Shown here one piece after another: positions 11,301 to 22,949 of a stretch of DNA of 64,000 nucleotides. Each line of letters opens with the position of its first letter. Positions within the stretch are counted from its first letter, which is position 1. Source of the stretch: Eukaryota sp. TZLM1-RC (taxonomy: Eukaryota > Protista > Metamonada: BaSk clade); contig JAUPSS010000004.1 in the NCBI GenBank assembly GCA_040285825.1, forward strand, positions 620,001-684,000, given 5' to 3'. The notes beneath the pieces are model-generated. The model saw nothing but the letters and a program-made list of their open reading frames with translations, was not told the DNA's origin and did not search any database. A program made the position numbers and the translations under genes.

Positions 11301-12510
11301 AGTTCGTCGAAAATTTGGTTAGCGACCTCTAACCTGGCTGGATTCAGGGTCCTGGGGGGTCTTCTAACTCTGACGTCTTCGTTGTAGAAGTTGATTTCCA
11401 TGGGAGGGCAATCAATACCTTCAGCATGAGGCTTGAGGGTAAATACGTCTTCGAACTCTTTCAAGGTATGAAGTAGGGACTTCTTGAAATGGTCGTTGTC
11501 GAGGTTGATGGTACAACCAGATGAGTTGATGTGTTCCAACCAACGTGTGGAAACGTTGACGACTTCTGAAGCTTGCGATATTCGATGGTCGAATTCGGCT
11601 TCAGGTAATAGTAATGTGCGACAGGCGTCGTCCATTCTAATATAAATGCCCTTGTTGTTCATCAGCCCAAGGTGACTCAACAAGTCAGCACCAATGAGAA
11701 TGGTCTCATGTCCAGGAACGATGCTGAACTTGTGTTTCACGTGTACAATCTGGGAAACACTGCCTAGTCTAATGCTAAGGGTTCCAGAAGCAGTACCAAG
11801 GGACTGTGAGGTAGATTCATCAGCAATCTTGTATGATATGGTTTCGTTGGAACGTGCCATGTTACAATTACTGATGACGTCTTCTGTGACTACTGAGCAT
11901 GTTGCACCGGAGTCAATTATGCCTTTAACTTCGACATTGTTGATCAAGAAGTTTAATTGTAGGCAGTTGGTTGTGGACTTTATGGATTGTACCATAAATA
12001 TTGTATCGGAATCATATTCAGCTTGTTCTGAGAAGAAATTAGCTTGAATGTTATGCGTTTTGGTATGTTCCAAGTTGGCCAAAGGATTGATTAGGGAATC
12101 TTTCCATGTTGTGTTTTCTGTGTGGGAATGTGTTGTAGTTGTAGGGGATATGGTTTCAAAACAGTGTAAATAGTGACGGGAACGTTTATTATATGATGAA
12201 GAGCCCTTGCCTCTGCCGCGAGTGCCTCTTCGGCTACGGAAACCAGAACCTCTAGAACCTCTGCCTCGAGCTTTGTGTTGAGCTTGTTGCTCTCTCCACT
12301 TTTTGCTTCTTTGGCAGTCCTCACTAGGGCACCTTTCAGTCGGATGACCCATTTGTTTACAGAAATTGCATTGGACGTTGACATCAGACTGAGTGGAAGA
12401 CGGTTGAGTAGAGCTTCCTTCTCGTCGTTGTTGTTTTGGGCGCCTGCCAGAGCTGGAACCTCTTGTTTTGGGGATAGCAGGGGAGAAGGTACCGTCTGTC
12501 TGCGACGGTT
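8359..12510 (-). CDS. pol: Pol region of copy 1: CCHC knuckle, aspartic protease, RT, RNase H, integrase, GPY/F and chromo-like domain (homopolymer frameshifts)
   Basis: CNFCKQMGHPTERC; IIDSGAT; LDLPKAFWQ, FGLKN, YIDD; CDASD..KEL..TDH; HH-CC and D-D-E (ADVIG, HSDNG, VERRH); GPF; IIEKVLSQ..QVQWPG. Confidence 0.9.
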
Positions 12511-15498
12511 CTCAGTCTGGAACGAGATTCTATTTTGATACAAGAAGTCCACGTGATTGATCTGCTCCTTAAAAAGATCTAGCATTACAAAAGTTTTCGT
12601 ACTCTATTTGGAGAACACTGAAAAATTCACCTAGGGTGTGGCCATCTGAGTAGTAATGGGAGGGGTTGGACCAGATCCTGAGGAGTCTGTCCCTGATGAT
12701 GGTAATACCGATGCTTTCAATGACGTGAGAAGCAATTTCCCATTCGGGGAGTCGGTCTACGGGGTTTCCGTGGATGGTGATGTTTCTCATTTGATGAGTC
12801 AGGCCACGAACGTCTTGGATAGCGGTGGAACGCGTTAAGACTCTGCCTATGTTAAGCATGAAGTCTATCCATCTGTTACCATAATCTCTCTCAGACCAAT
12901 CCATGTTAACTGCATGTAGAGCGTCCAGAGCTTGATCCAGTCTACTGAATTGGGTTCTCCTTAGGATCTGTTCCCAAATGTTGCGTTCATCTCTGCTGGT
13001 TGGGACCATCGCAGAGGAAATTGAAAGGCCAGTGCCTTGATACCTTAAAGCGTTGAGAGCTTCAGGTGTAACGCATTCAGCTAAACCTCTGGGACTGATG
13101 CGCATGGCGGATCGGAAGAGATCCCATTCGTGAACTGGTTCGCTGTCGAACCGTTGGTCAGATGCCAATTCTGCTGATCTGGCTAGTTCGAGTTCTTCGC
13201 GAAGTCTGGCAACTTCGCTGGCCAAAGCAACTTGAGCAGGGTCTTCGATATTACCTCGAGCCTCATCGACTATTCTGTCGGTGCGACTCCAGAGAATGAA
13301 TTTGTTAACAAACTTTAGGAGTTTATCAACATCTCTTAAGTCAGAAGCATCGAGAGTTGGACGTTTGGGACGGTCCCTACGTCTATTATCCCTGTCTCTT
13401 GATCCCACCATGGAAGATAGGAGAAGGTTGCTGTCGTAAGTACCCGAAAATGTAGAACGAGAAGAACTTACTGTGGATGGTGTTGGTTGAACCGGGGGCT
13501 GAGAACTTGTAGAACTAGTGGAAAGGAGTGTGGGTGGAACCACTGATTGTTCCATTGGCTGTGCAGGTACTGGAGTGTGTTCCATGGGTGTTAACACAGT
13601 TGGAATAGAGTCAGGAGTTGGAGACTCATCACTGACTTCCACTACAACGTCCTCTTCAGTTTGTTCCATGGGAGGATTATGCGAGGGTTGTGTGGGGGGT
13701 TCTGTAGAAGTTTCCATAGGTTGTTCAACGGAGGATGGAACTTCGTTTTGGTGAGGTTCAGGGGAAGGTTCAGTTTCTTCAATCTGGGCAGGAACCTGAT
13801 ATGAAGAGATCGCTGGTTGTACCAAGCGTGTCTTTTCTATGCGACCTTCTACCATGACCCATTTCAACATCCTGGATTCTATGCATCCAGGGAAAACTGT
13901 GACAAGCTGGAGAGCTCTTTGAAGATTGCCTGATCTTCTGTGGTCAGGCCCACAATATGAAGCTATATGGTCAGGACGTCTGTCGTAAAGAAAGAGTCTT
14001 TCACCATATGTGGTTTCAGTAAACCACCACCCTGTTCTATAATCTCTGTCGATGAGGATATCGAGAGATGCGTTGTACCCAGGGCTGAACCTAGGGTATG
14101 GGCAAGGGTTGTGAACATTTATGAAGAGGTTGTCTTCATCTCCAGCGAAGCGTCTGAATACTCCTTCTCGAGTAGTTCTCATGAACCTAACTCCGGGTCT
14201 TGGTTCATAAGTTGGTTCAGGGTCATTCCTGGAGGTTTCTGGGGTGATCCTTTCATCGGAAAGAAATGGACCAATTCTGGGAGAGATCCATAATCCTAAG
14301 TCGTTCTCGACTTTGGGACCGTAGAAAGGAGGCCGTTTGTTGCTCATCTCCGTGGGAGGGATGGCTTCTGGATCCCCTGGAATGACTCGTGTGTCCCTAT
14401 ATCTAGCATAAGGGTTGTGCTGACGGGAAGCACCATGATTGACACTTGAGCTAGCGTAGGAGCTAGTTTGAGAAGGGGTAAGTTGAGCAGGTGTAGAGGA
14501 TGTTCCTCTTCTAGCTTCAATCTCTCTGTCCAATCTTTTTCTGTGTTCCCAGTTTCGTTCTTCTTGGAGAAAACGCTCTATATATTCTTTAGAGACCTCA
14601 CCAGGAATTTTGTCAATTTCAGAAGAAGGTGCCGTGGGAGGGACCTGATGTTGAGGTAGAGGGAGAATTCCTTGGGAGGTTCCTCGTACTCAACCAAATC
14701 TGAAAAGATTTGTTCGTACCTTTTCCTTTGCTCTTCGGAAAGATACGAAGGAAGGTTCGAAAAGCTAGGAATGGAATCACTAGCCTGGTGAGGGGAAACA
14801 GATAGATTATTAACTCCACTAACTGTTGAAGTCAGAGGAGATCCTGAAGCTGGAACAGCAGGATTTTGAATGTTCCTCCTAACAGTTGGAACTGGAGGGA
14901 GGAGCTGTTGAGAATGAGAGGGTGGAACCTCAGAACTAGATGAAAGGGATGAAGATGGTACTTCAATGGCCTTTGTAGAGGAGGAAGAGGGTTGATCTTC
15001 TAATCCTTCCTTTGACGCGAGAGAAGGTTGAACAGTCTCTCTGTTCTGAGTAGAAGGTGAAGGTGGTACTTCAGAACTTCTTTCAGGGAGGGGAGAAGGT
15101 GGGACTTCAGACGCCCTTAAATGTGAAGGAGGAAGAGGAGCAACGGAATCCTCAACATCTTCATCGTCGTAGGAGACTAATGAAGGGCTTCTTCCTTCCG
15201 AAGGAATAGAATCCTTGGGAGGGTTGTCTCCTTCTACAGGAACGGAATCCCGAGGAGAGGAACTTCCTTCCATGGGAACGGAATCCTCAGGAAGGGAACT
15301 ATCTTCCTTTGGGGTAGAACCCTCGGGAAGAGTTGCTTCAGGAAGCGCAGAAGCTTCAACCGAAGAAGGAGGCACGGAAGCAGAGTCTGTGGTTAGTGGT
15401 GAGGAAGAGGGACCAGTCTCTTCCTCAAGGATCCTACGCTGAGCCGGGGACGACCCAATACGTATTGATGGTCTATGGCTAGGGTTATCGTGTGACAT
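12511..15498 (-). CDS. gag: Extended Gag region of copy 1: Ser/Pro-rich ORF0 (14578-15498) followed by ORF1 (12569 to about 14690) in the -1 frame
   Basis: Long ORFs between the 5' LTR and the Zn knuckle. The ORF0 ATG lies inside the LTR. The ORF1 frame is open upstream of the track start and overlaps the end of ORF0. Confidence 0.7.
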
Positions 15499-15616
15499 AG
15501 CTTGTGTAAATGTAAAGTAATTTATTAGCGAGAGGAATTGTATTCTCTCTTCTTAAGCTAACAGGCGGAATACTAATAACTAAACTATTAACTATAAATA
15601 CTATTCAAGACTAACA
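15466..15616 (-). repeat. Shared middle LTR (151 bp)
   Basis: Same sequence as the flanking LTRs. Confidence 0.95.
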
Positions 15617-18600
15617 CTGCCTTTTCCTCTCTTTCGAGCGACGAGCCCTGGAAGCTCTAGTCACAGGAGGTGAACTAATAGAATTATGACGCTTCTTGGG
15701 AGGAGCGGATTTAGTATGGCGACGTGCTTTTGAAGTCTTGATGAAGTCTTTATACGCGGCAGTATTTTGGACTGTAGACACATGCTCAGTGGTGATCTCT
15801 TTACCTGGCCATTGCACTTGGCAAAAGTCACCTTCCTGGCTGAGCACTTTTTCAATGATGTGTTCTTCGACATCACCAGCAGCGACCCAGGAGTGGAACT
15901 CATCGTTGGTGGGCAAGCTGGAGTGCCAGGGAGCTAAGTGTTTGACGCTAGCTTGGACAATCGTACCTGTGCAGAGATTCTTAATATTCACAGACGAATT
16001 GGATACGATTTCAGTAATTAGGAAGGGTCCTAAATAGTCTCCATGAAGCTTAGCGGAAGAGCCAGATGCTCTCAATACCAATTGACCAACTTCAAAAGGG
16101 TTTGGAGTTGACGATCTAGCTAGCTTGGAAGCTTTGGAAGCTTGATGATGTGCTGCCTTTTCTTGTTTCTCTTTCAATCTTCGAAATTTAGATTGAATTT
16201 CTTGAATAAAAGATGACTCAGACGTCGAGCTTTCAATGATTTCAAGAATTTTGCCAGGGTCAGATCTGGGAGACACATCAGAGCCAAAGATCACTTGGTA
16301 TGGAGTGTGGTTGGTTATTGAGCTCTTGGAAGAGTTGATCAATAATTGCACATAAGGCAAGTATTCAGACCACACATCGTAGGCATTGAAGTCTACGAGC
16401 AATTTCCGTAGGTTTTGCAGGATGTCTCTGTGTCGGCGCTCTACCAGGCCGTTGGACTGAGAAAACCTAGGTATTGACTTTGACACCTCTATGCCCAAAA
16501 ATTTGCTTAATTCGTCAAAGACAGCCTTGGAAAATTCGGGTCCATTATCGCTGTGGATTTGAAATGGAATACCAAAGATGGCACAGACTTTCCAAATTAA
16601 TGCATCTGCAGTAAGATTGGCATTTATCTCTTTTAAAGGCACGATGATCGTGAACCTAGAGAAGCTGTCGATAAATACGAGGATGTATTTGTAGCCTTCT
16701 TGATCTTCTGGAAGAGGACCAATGACGTCGGCGTTGACGCGAGCAAAAGGTCTGTCAGCCCACAATGAACCGGTTGGGGGAACATGCAGTTTGGGAACTG
16801 GCTTTGTTTTCTGACAGGAGGGGCATTCTTGGACGTGCTTATTCATGTCGGTGAGCATGTTTGGCCACCAATAATCGCTGTTCCTGAGCTTGTTCAGGCT
16901 TTCAGCTTTGCTTGGATGACCTCCTTGCAGAAGTCCATGCAACAGGTTAAGGGTGTCCTTAATGAGTGATTTGGGAATCACTATCTTGTTGTCGTGAGTC
17001 ATATATAAATCAAGATGATTGTTATGAACACAGTTGTTGAAAGAGGGGTCTTTGGAAGCTATGGCAAGCTTCTGTTCGGACCTAATCCTACAGAGCCATG
17101 GCTCGAAAATAGGCAGGTCGTTGGAACATCGTTCTCTGATGACCATGATACGTTCGAAGTTGTTTAGGTCTTCGATGTAGTATCTTTCATTTTCTGTTCC
17201 ATCAATTTTATCAATGTAAAATATTGGATGAAAATTTGGAGGCATTTGATGGGACAAATGATTGATCTCTTGATGGTCTATAGGTGGAACTATTCGAGAC
17301 AACATATCAGCCCAGAAGTTATCTTCCCCTTTGGTATGTACCAAGTCAAAGCAGAATTCAGAGAATATGGGTAACCATCTTGTTACAATTCTGTTCTTCT
17401 CAGGAGCCGTGAACATGTAGGTAAGGTTTTGATGGTCTGTGAATATGACCAGTTTCCTTCCTTTTAAGTAGTTTTCAAAACCACTTTGAGTTAACATGAG
17501 TAGGATAGCGTAGAGTTCCTTTTGGTTAGTCGGCCAGTTCTTTTGCGAGTTGGTTAACAACCGGCTGAAGAAGCTGATAGGCCTACATTTCCTATTGATC
17601 AGGGGGGTACCGGGGTCGTCGACTTGTTCGATTTGTTCCCATATGACGCCGCCTACAGCAATGTCGGATGCATCGCAACTAATTAAAATTTGGTTTTCCT
17701 GCGGAGGTAAGCTGAGCGGCATGTGTTTCGCTATCAGTTGTTTGATCTTTCGAAGGAGTCCATCGTGCATGTCGGTCCATTGAAGACGTTGCGCGCGGGG
17801 TTTGGGTTTAACGTTGGAGTTAGTTCCATCCTTCTTAGTCAATCTGATGATAGGAGCGATGAGCTCAGATACCTGAGGAAGCCATTCTCTAATGAAGTTG
17901 ACTGATCCTACGAGGCTGCGGACGTCTTTGATTGTCTTTGGTCTAGGTAGATTCAGCAAAGATTCAACGCGAGTGGGATCGATAGTCCGTTGCTTGTTTT
18001 GGAAAACACTGCCCAGTATCTTGATTGGGTGTCTGGAAGACACAAAATGGCACTTTGGAAGTCCCAAGGAAACTCTTTTGCATCTGGCTTGATCAAGGAC
18101 GCGACGGAGGCGTTCAATGAATTCGTCAAAGGTTGAACCTATGATTATGATGTCATCTATGTAAATGAAGACACCGTCTCCAGAGAAGATGTCAGCCATG
18201 ACGTTTTGGAAAACGGCTGGGACATTCTTTAGGCCAAAAGCTGCACGTTTGAACATGATACTTTTGCCAGGAATGCTCAGGGCTGTTTTCTGCCAATCCT
18301 TTTCAGCAATCTTGAGTTGCCAGAAGGCTTTGGGGAGGTCAAGGGTGCCTATGTAGTTCGCTTGGGAGAGAAATACCAGCACGTCGGAGATCCTTGGAAG
18401 GTTGGGCTCAACAGGAATGGTGTTGGCGTTGACTCCGTCCTTGCCACTATAATCACCAGTAAGGCGGGGCTTGCGGTGATCTGGGTAGACCACTAGACAG
18501 ACAGGGAGCTGAACTCATGGTTCGATGGGACAGCAAATCCTGAGTCTACGAGTTCGTCGAAAATTTGGTTAGCGACCTCTAACCTGGCTGGATTCAGGGT

Positions 18601-19770
18601 CCTGGGGGTCTTCTAACTCTGACGTCTTCGTTGTAGAAGTTGATTTCCATGGGAGGGCAATCAATACCTTCAGCATGAGGCTTGAGGGTAAATACGTCTT
18701 CGAACTCTTTCAAGGTATGAAGTAGGGACTTCTTGAAATGGTCGTTGTCGAGGTTGATGGTACAACCAGATGAGTTGATGTGTTCCAACCAACGTGTGGA
18801 AACGTTGACGACTTCTGAAGCTTGCGATATTCGATGGTCGAATTCGGCTTCAGGTAATAGTAATGTGCGACAGGCGTCGTCCATTCTAATATAAATGCCC
18901 TTGTTGTTCATCAGCCCAAGGTGACTCAACAAGTCAGCACCAATGAGAATGGTCTCATGTCCAGGAACGATGCTGAACTTGTGTTTCACGTGTACAATCT
19001 GGGAAACACTGCCTAGTCTAATGCTAAGGGTTCCAGAAGCAGTACCAAGGGACTGTGAGGTAGATTCATCAGCAATCTTGTATGATATGGTTTCGTTGGA
19101 ACGTGCCATGTTACAATTACTGATGACGTCTTCTGTGACTACTGAGCATGTTGCACCGGAGTCAATTATGCCTTTAACTTCGACATTGTTGATCAAGAAG
19201 TTTAATTGTAGGCAGTTGGTTGTGGACTTTATGGATTGTACCATAAATATTGTATCGGAATCATATTCAGCTTGTTCTGAGAAGAAATTAGCTTGAATGT
19301 TATGCGTTTTGGTATGTTCCAAGTTGGCCAAAGGATTGATTAGGGAATCTTTCCATGTTGTGTTTTCTGTGTGGGAATGTGTTGTAGTTGTAGGGGGTAT
19401 GGTTTCAAAACAGTGTAAATAGTGACGGGAACGTTTATTATATGATGAAGAGCCCTTGCCTCTGCCGCGAGTGCCTCTTCGGCTACGGAAACCAGAACCT
19501 CTAGAACCTCTGCCTCGAGCTTTGTGTTGAGCTTGTTGCTCTCTCCACTTTTTGCTTCTTTGGCAGTCCTCACTAGGGCACCTTTCAGTCGGATGACCCA
19601 TTTGTTTACAGAAATTGCATTGGACGTTGACATCAGACTGAGTGGAAGACGGTTGAGTAGAGCTTCCTTCTCGTCGTTGTTGTTTTGGGCGCCTGCCAGA
19701 GCTGGAACCTCTTGTTTTGGGGATAGCAGGGGAGAAGGTACCGTCTGTCTGCGACGGTTCTCAGTCTGGA
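15611..19770 (-). CDS. pol: Pol region of copy 2 (RT-RH-IN-chromo intact over 960 aa)
   Basis: Same motifs as copy 1. ORF 15611-18493 is uninterrupted; protease ORF at 18594-19601. Confidence 0.9.
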
Positions 19771-22746
19771 ACGAGATTCTATTTTGATACAAGAAGTCCA
19801 CGTGATTGATCTGCTCCTTAAAAGATCTAGCATTACAAAAAGTTTTCGTACTCTATTTGGAGAACACTGAAAAATTCACCTAGGGTGTGGCCATCTGAGT
19901 AGTAATGGGAGGGGTTGGACCAGATCCTGAGGAGTCTGTCCCTGATGATGGTAATACCGATGCTTTCAATGACGTGAGAAGCAATTTCCCATTCGGGGAG
20001 TCGGTCTACGGGGTTTCCGTGGATGGTGATGTTTCTCATTTGATGAGTCAGGCCACGAACGTCTTGGATAGCGGTGGAACGCGTTAAGACTCTGCCTATG
20101 TTAAGCATGAAGTCTATCCATCTGTTACCATAATCTCTCTCAGACCAATCCATGTTAACTGCATGTAGAGCGTCCAGAGCTTGATCCAGTCTACTGAATT
20201 GGGTTCTCCTTAGGATCTGTTCCCAAATGTTGCGTTCATCTCTGCTGGTTGGGACCATCGCAGAGGAAATTGAAAGGCCAGTGCCTTGATACCTTAAAGC
20301 GTTGAGAGCTTCAGGTGTAACGCATTCAGCTAAACCTCTGGGACTGATGCGCATGGCGGATCGGAAGAGATCCCATTCGTGAACTGGTTCGCTGTCGAAC
20401 CGTTGGTCAGATGCCAATTCTGCTGATCTGGCTAGTTCGAGTTCTTCGCGAAGTCTGGCAACTTCGCTGGCCAAAGCAACTTGAGCAGGGTCTTCGATAT
20501 TACCTCGAGCCTCATCGACTATTCTGTCGGTGCGACTCCAGAGAATGAATTTGTTAACAAACTTTAGGAGTTTATCAACATCTCTTAAGTCAGAAGCATC
20601 GAGAGTTGGACGTTTGGGACGGTCCCTACGTCTATTATCCCTGTCTCTTGATCCCACCATGGAAGATAGGAGAAGGTTGCTGTCGTAAGTACCCGAAAAT
20701 GTAGAACGAGAAGAACTTACTGTGGATGGTGTTGGTTGAACCGGGGGCTGAGAACTTGTAGAACTAGTGGAAAGGAGTGTGGGTGGAACCACTGATTGTT
20801 CCATTGGCTGTGCAGGTACTGGAGTGTGTTCCATGGGTGTTAACACAGTTGGAATAGAGTCAGGAGTTGGAGACTCATCACTGACTTCCACTACAACGTC
20901 CTCTTCAGTTTGTTCCATGGGAGGATTATGCGAGGGTTGTGTGGGGGTTCTGTAGAAGTTTCCATAGGTTGTTCAACGGAGGATGGAACTTCGTTTTGGT
21001 GAGGTTCAGGGAAGGTTCAGTTTCTTCAATCTGGGCAGGAACCTGATATGAAGAGATCGCTGGTTGTACCAAGCGTGTCTTTTCTATGCGACCTTCTACC
21101 ATGACCCATTTCAACATCCTGGATTCTATGCATCCAGGGAAAACTGTGACAAGCTGGAGAGCTCTTTGAAGATTGCCTGATCTTCTGTGGTCAGGCCCAC
21201 AATATGAAGCTATATGGTCAGGACGTCTGTCGTAAAGAAAGAGTCTTTCACCATATGTGGTTTCAGTAAACCACCACCCTGTTCTATAATCTCTGTCGAT
21301 GAGGATATCGAGAGATGCGTTGTACCCAGGGCTGAACCTAGGGTATGGGCAAGGGTTGTGAACATTTATGAAGAGGTTGTCTTCATCTCCAGCGAAGCGT
21401 CTGAATACTCCTTCTCGAGTAGTTCTCATGAACCTAACTCCGGGTCTTGGTTCATAAGTTGGTTCAGGGTCATTCCTGGAGGTTTCTGGGGTGATCCTTT
21501 CATCGGAAAGAAATGGACCAATTCTGGGAGAGATCCATAATCCTAAGTCGTTCTCGACTTTGGGACCGTAGAAAGGAGGCCGTTTGTTGCTCATCTCCGT
21601 GGGAGGGATGGCTTCTGGATCCCCTGGAATGACTCGTGTGTCCCTATATCTAGCATAAGGGTTGTGCTGACGGGAAGCACCATGATTGACACTTGAGCTA
21701 GCGTAGGAGCTAGTTTGAGAAGGGGTAAGTTGAGCAGGTGTAGAGGATGTTCCTCTTCTAGCTTCAATCTCTCTGTCCAATCTTTTTCTGTGTTCCCAGT
21801 TTCGTTCTTCTTGGAGAAAACGCTCTATATATTCTTTAGAGACCTCACCAGGAATTTTGTCAATTTCAGAAGAAGGTGCCGTGGGAGGGACCTGATGTTG
21901 AGGTAGAGGGAGAATTCCTTGGGAGGTTCCTCGTACTCAACCAAATCTGAAAAGATTTGTTCGTACCTTTTCCTTTGCTCTTCGGAAAGATACGAAGGAA
22001 GGTTCGAAAAAGCTAGGAATGGAATCACTAGCCTGGTGAGGGGAAACAGATAGATTATTAACTCCACTAACTGTTGAAGTCAGAGGAGATCCTGAAGCTG
22101 GAACAGCAGGATTTTGAATGTTCCTCCTAACAGTTGGAACTGGAGGGAGGAGCTGTTGAGAATGAGAGGGTGGAACCTCAGAACTAGATGAAAGGGATGA
22201 AGATGGTACTTCAATGGCCTTTGTAGAGGAGGAAGAGGGTTGATCTTCTAATCCTTCCTTTGACGCGAGAGAAGGTTGAACAGTCTCTCTGTTCTGAGTA
22301 GAAGGTGAAGGTGGTACTTCAGAACTTCTTTCAGGGAGGGGAGAAGGTGGGACTTCAGACGCCCTTAAATGTGAAGGAGGAAGAGGAGCAACGGAATCCT
22401 CAACATCTTCATCGTCGTAGGAGACTAATGAAGGGCTTCTTCCTTCCGAAGGAATAGAATCCTTGGGAGGGTTGTCTCCTTCTACAGGAACGGAATCCCG
22501 AGGAGAGGAACTTCCTTCCATGGGAACGGAATCCTCAGGAAGGGAACTATCTTCCTTTGGGGTAGAACCCTCGGGAAGAGTTGCTTCAGGAAGCGCAGAA
22601 GCTTCAACCGAAGAAGGAGGCACGGAAGCAGAGTCTGTGGTTAGTGGTGAGGAAGAGGGACCAGTCTCTTCCTCAAGGATCCTACGCTGAGCCGGGGACG
22701 ACCCAATACGTATTGATGGTCTATGGCTAGGGTTATCGTGTGACAT
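19771..22746 (-). CDS. gag: Extended Gag region of copy 2 (ORF0 + ORF1, homopolymer frameshifts)
   Basis: Near-identical to 12511-15498. Confidence 0.7.
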
Positions 22747-22864
22747 AGCTTGTGTAAATGTAAAGTAATTTATTAGCGAGAGGAATTGTATTCTCTCTTC
22801 TTAAGCTAACAGGCGGAATACTAATAACTAAACTATTAACTATAAATACTATTCAAGACTAACA
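22714..22864 (-). repeat. 5' LTR (151 bp)
   Basis: Same LTR sequence, with TSD GATG outside it at 22865-22868. Confidence 0.95.
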
Positions 22865-22949
22865 GATGTGGAGTTTGAGGAGATTGAATTTTAGTTTTTA
22901 CAATTTTGTTTGAATAAGATATATGTATCAAAAAACAAACTCAGAAGAC

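Larger units (their letters stand above)
8214..22864 (-). mobile_element. Tandem Ty3/gypsy (chromovirus-like) LTR retrotransposon: two internal regions sharing three LTRs
   Basis: Three 151-bp TG..CA LTRs. 4-bp TSD GATG at 8210-8213 and 22865-22868. Domain order Gag-Zn knuckle-PR-RT-RH-IN. The two internal copies are nearly identical. Confidence 0.95.

Noticed and set aside
8409-22690. Short plus-strand and alternative-frame ORFs inside the LTR element
   Set aside because: Shadow ORFs of GC-richer coding sequence; no recognisable motifs.
8359-22746. Copy-specific frameshifts as evidence that the LTR elements are pseudogenes
   Set aside because: They are single-base homopolymer indels present in only one of two near-identical copies, typical of long-read consensus error.
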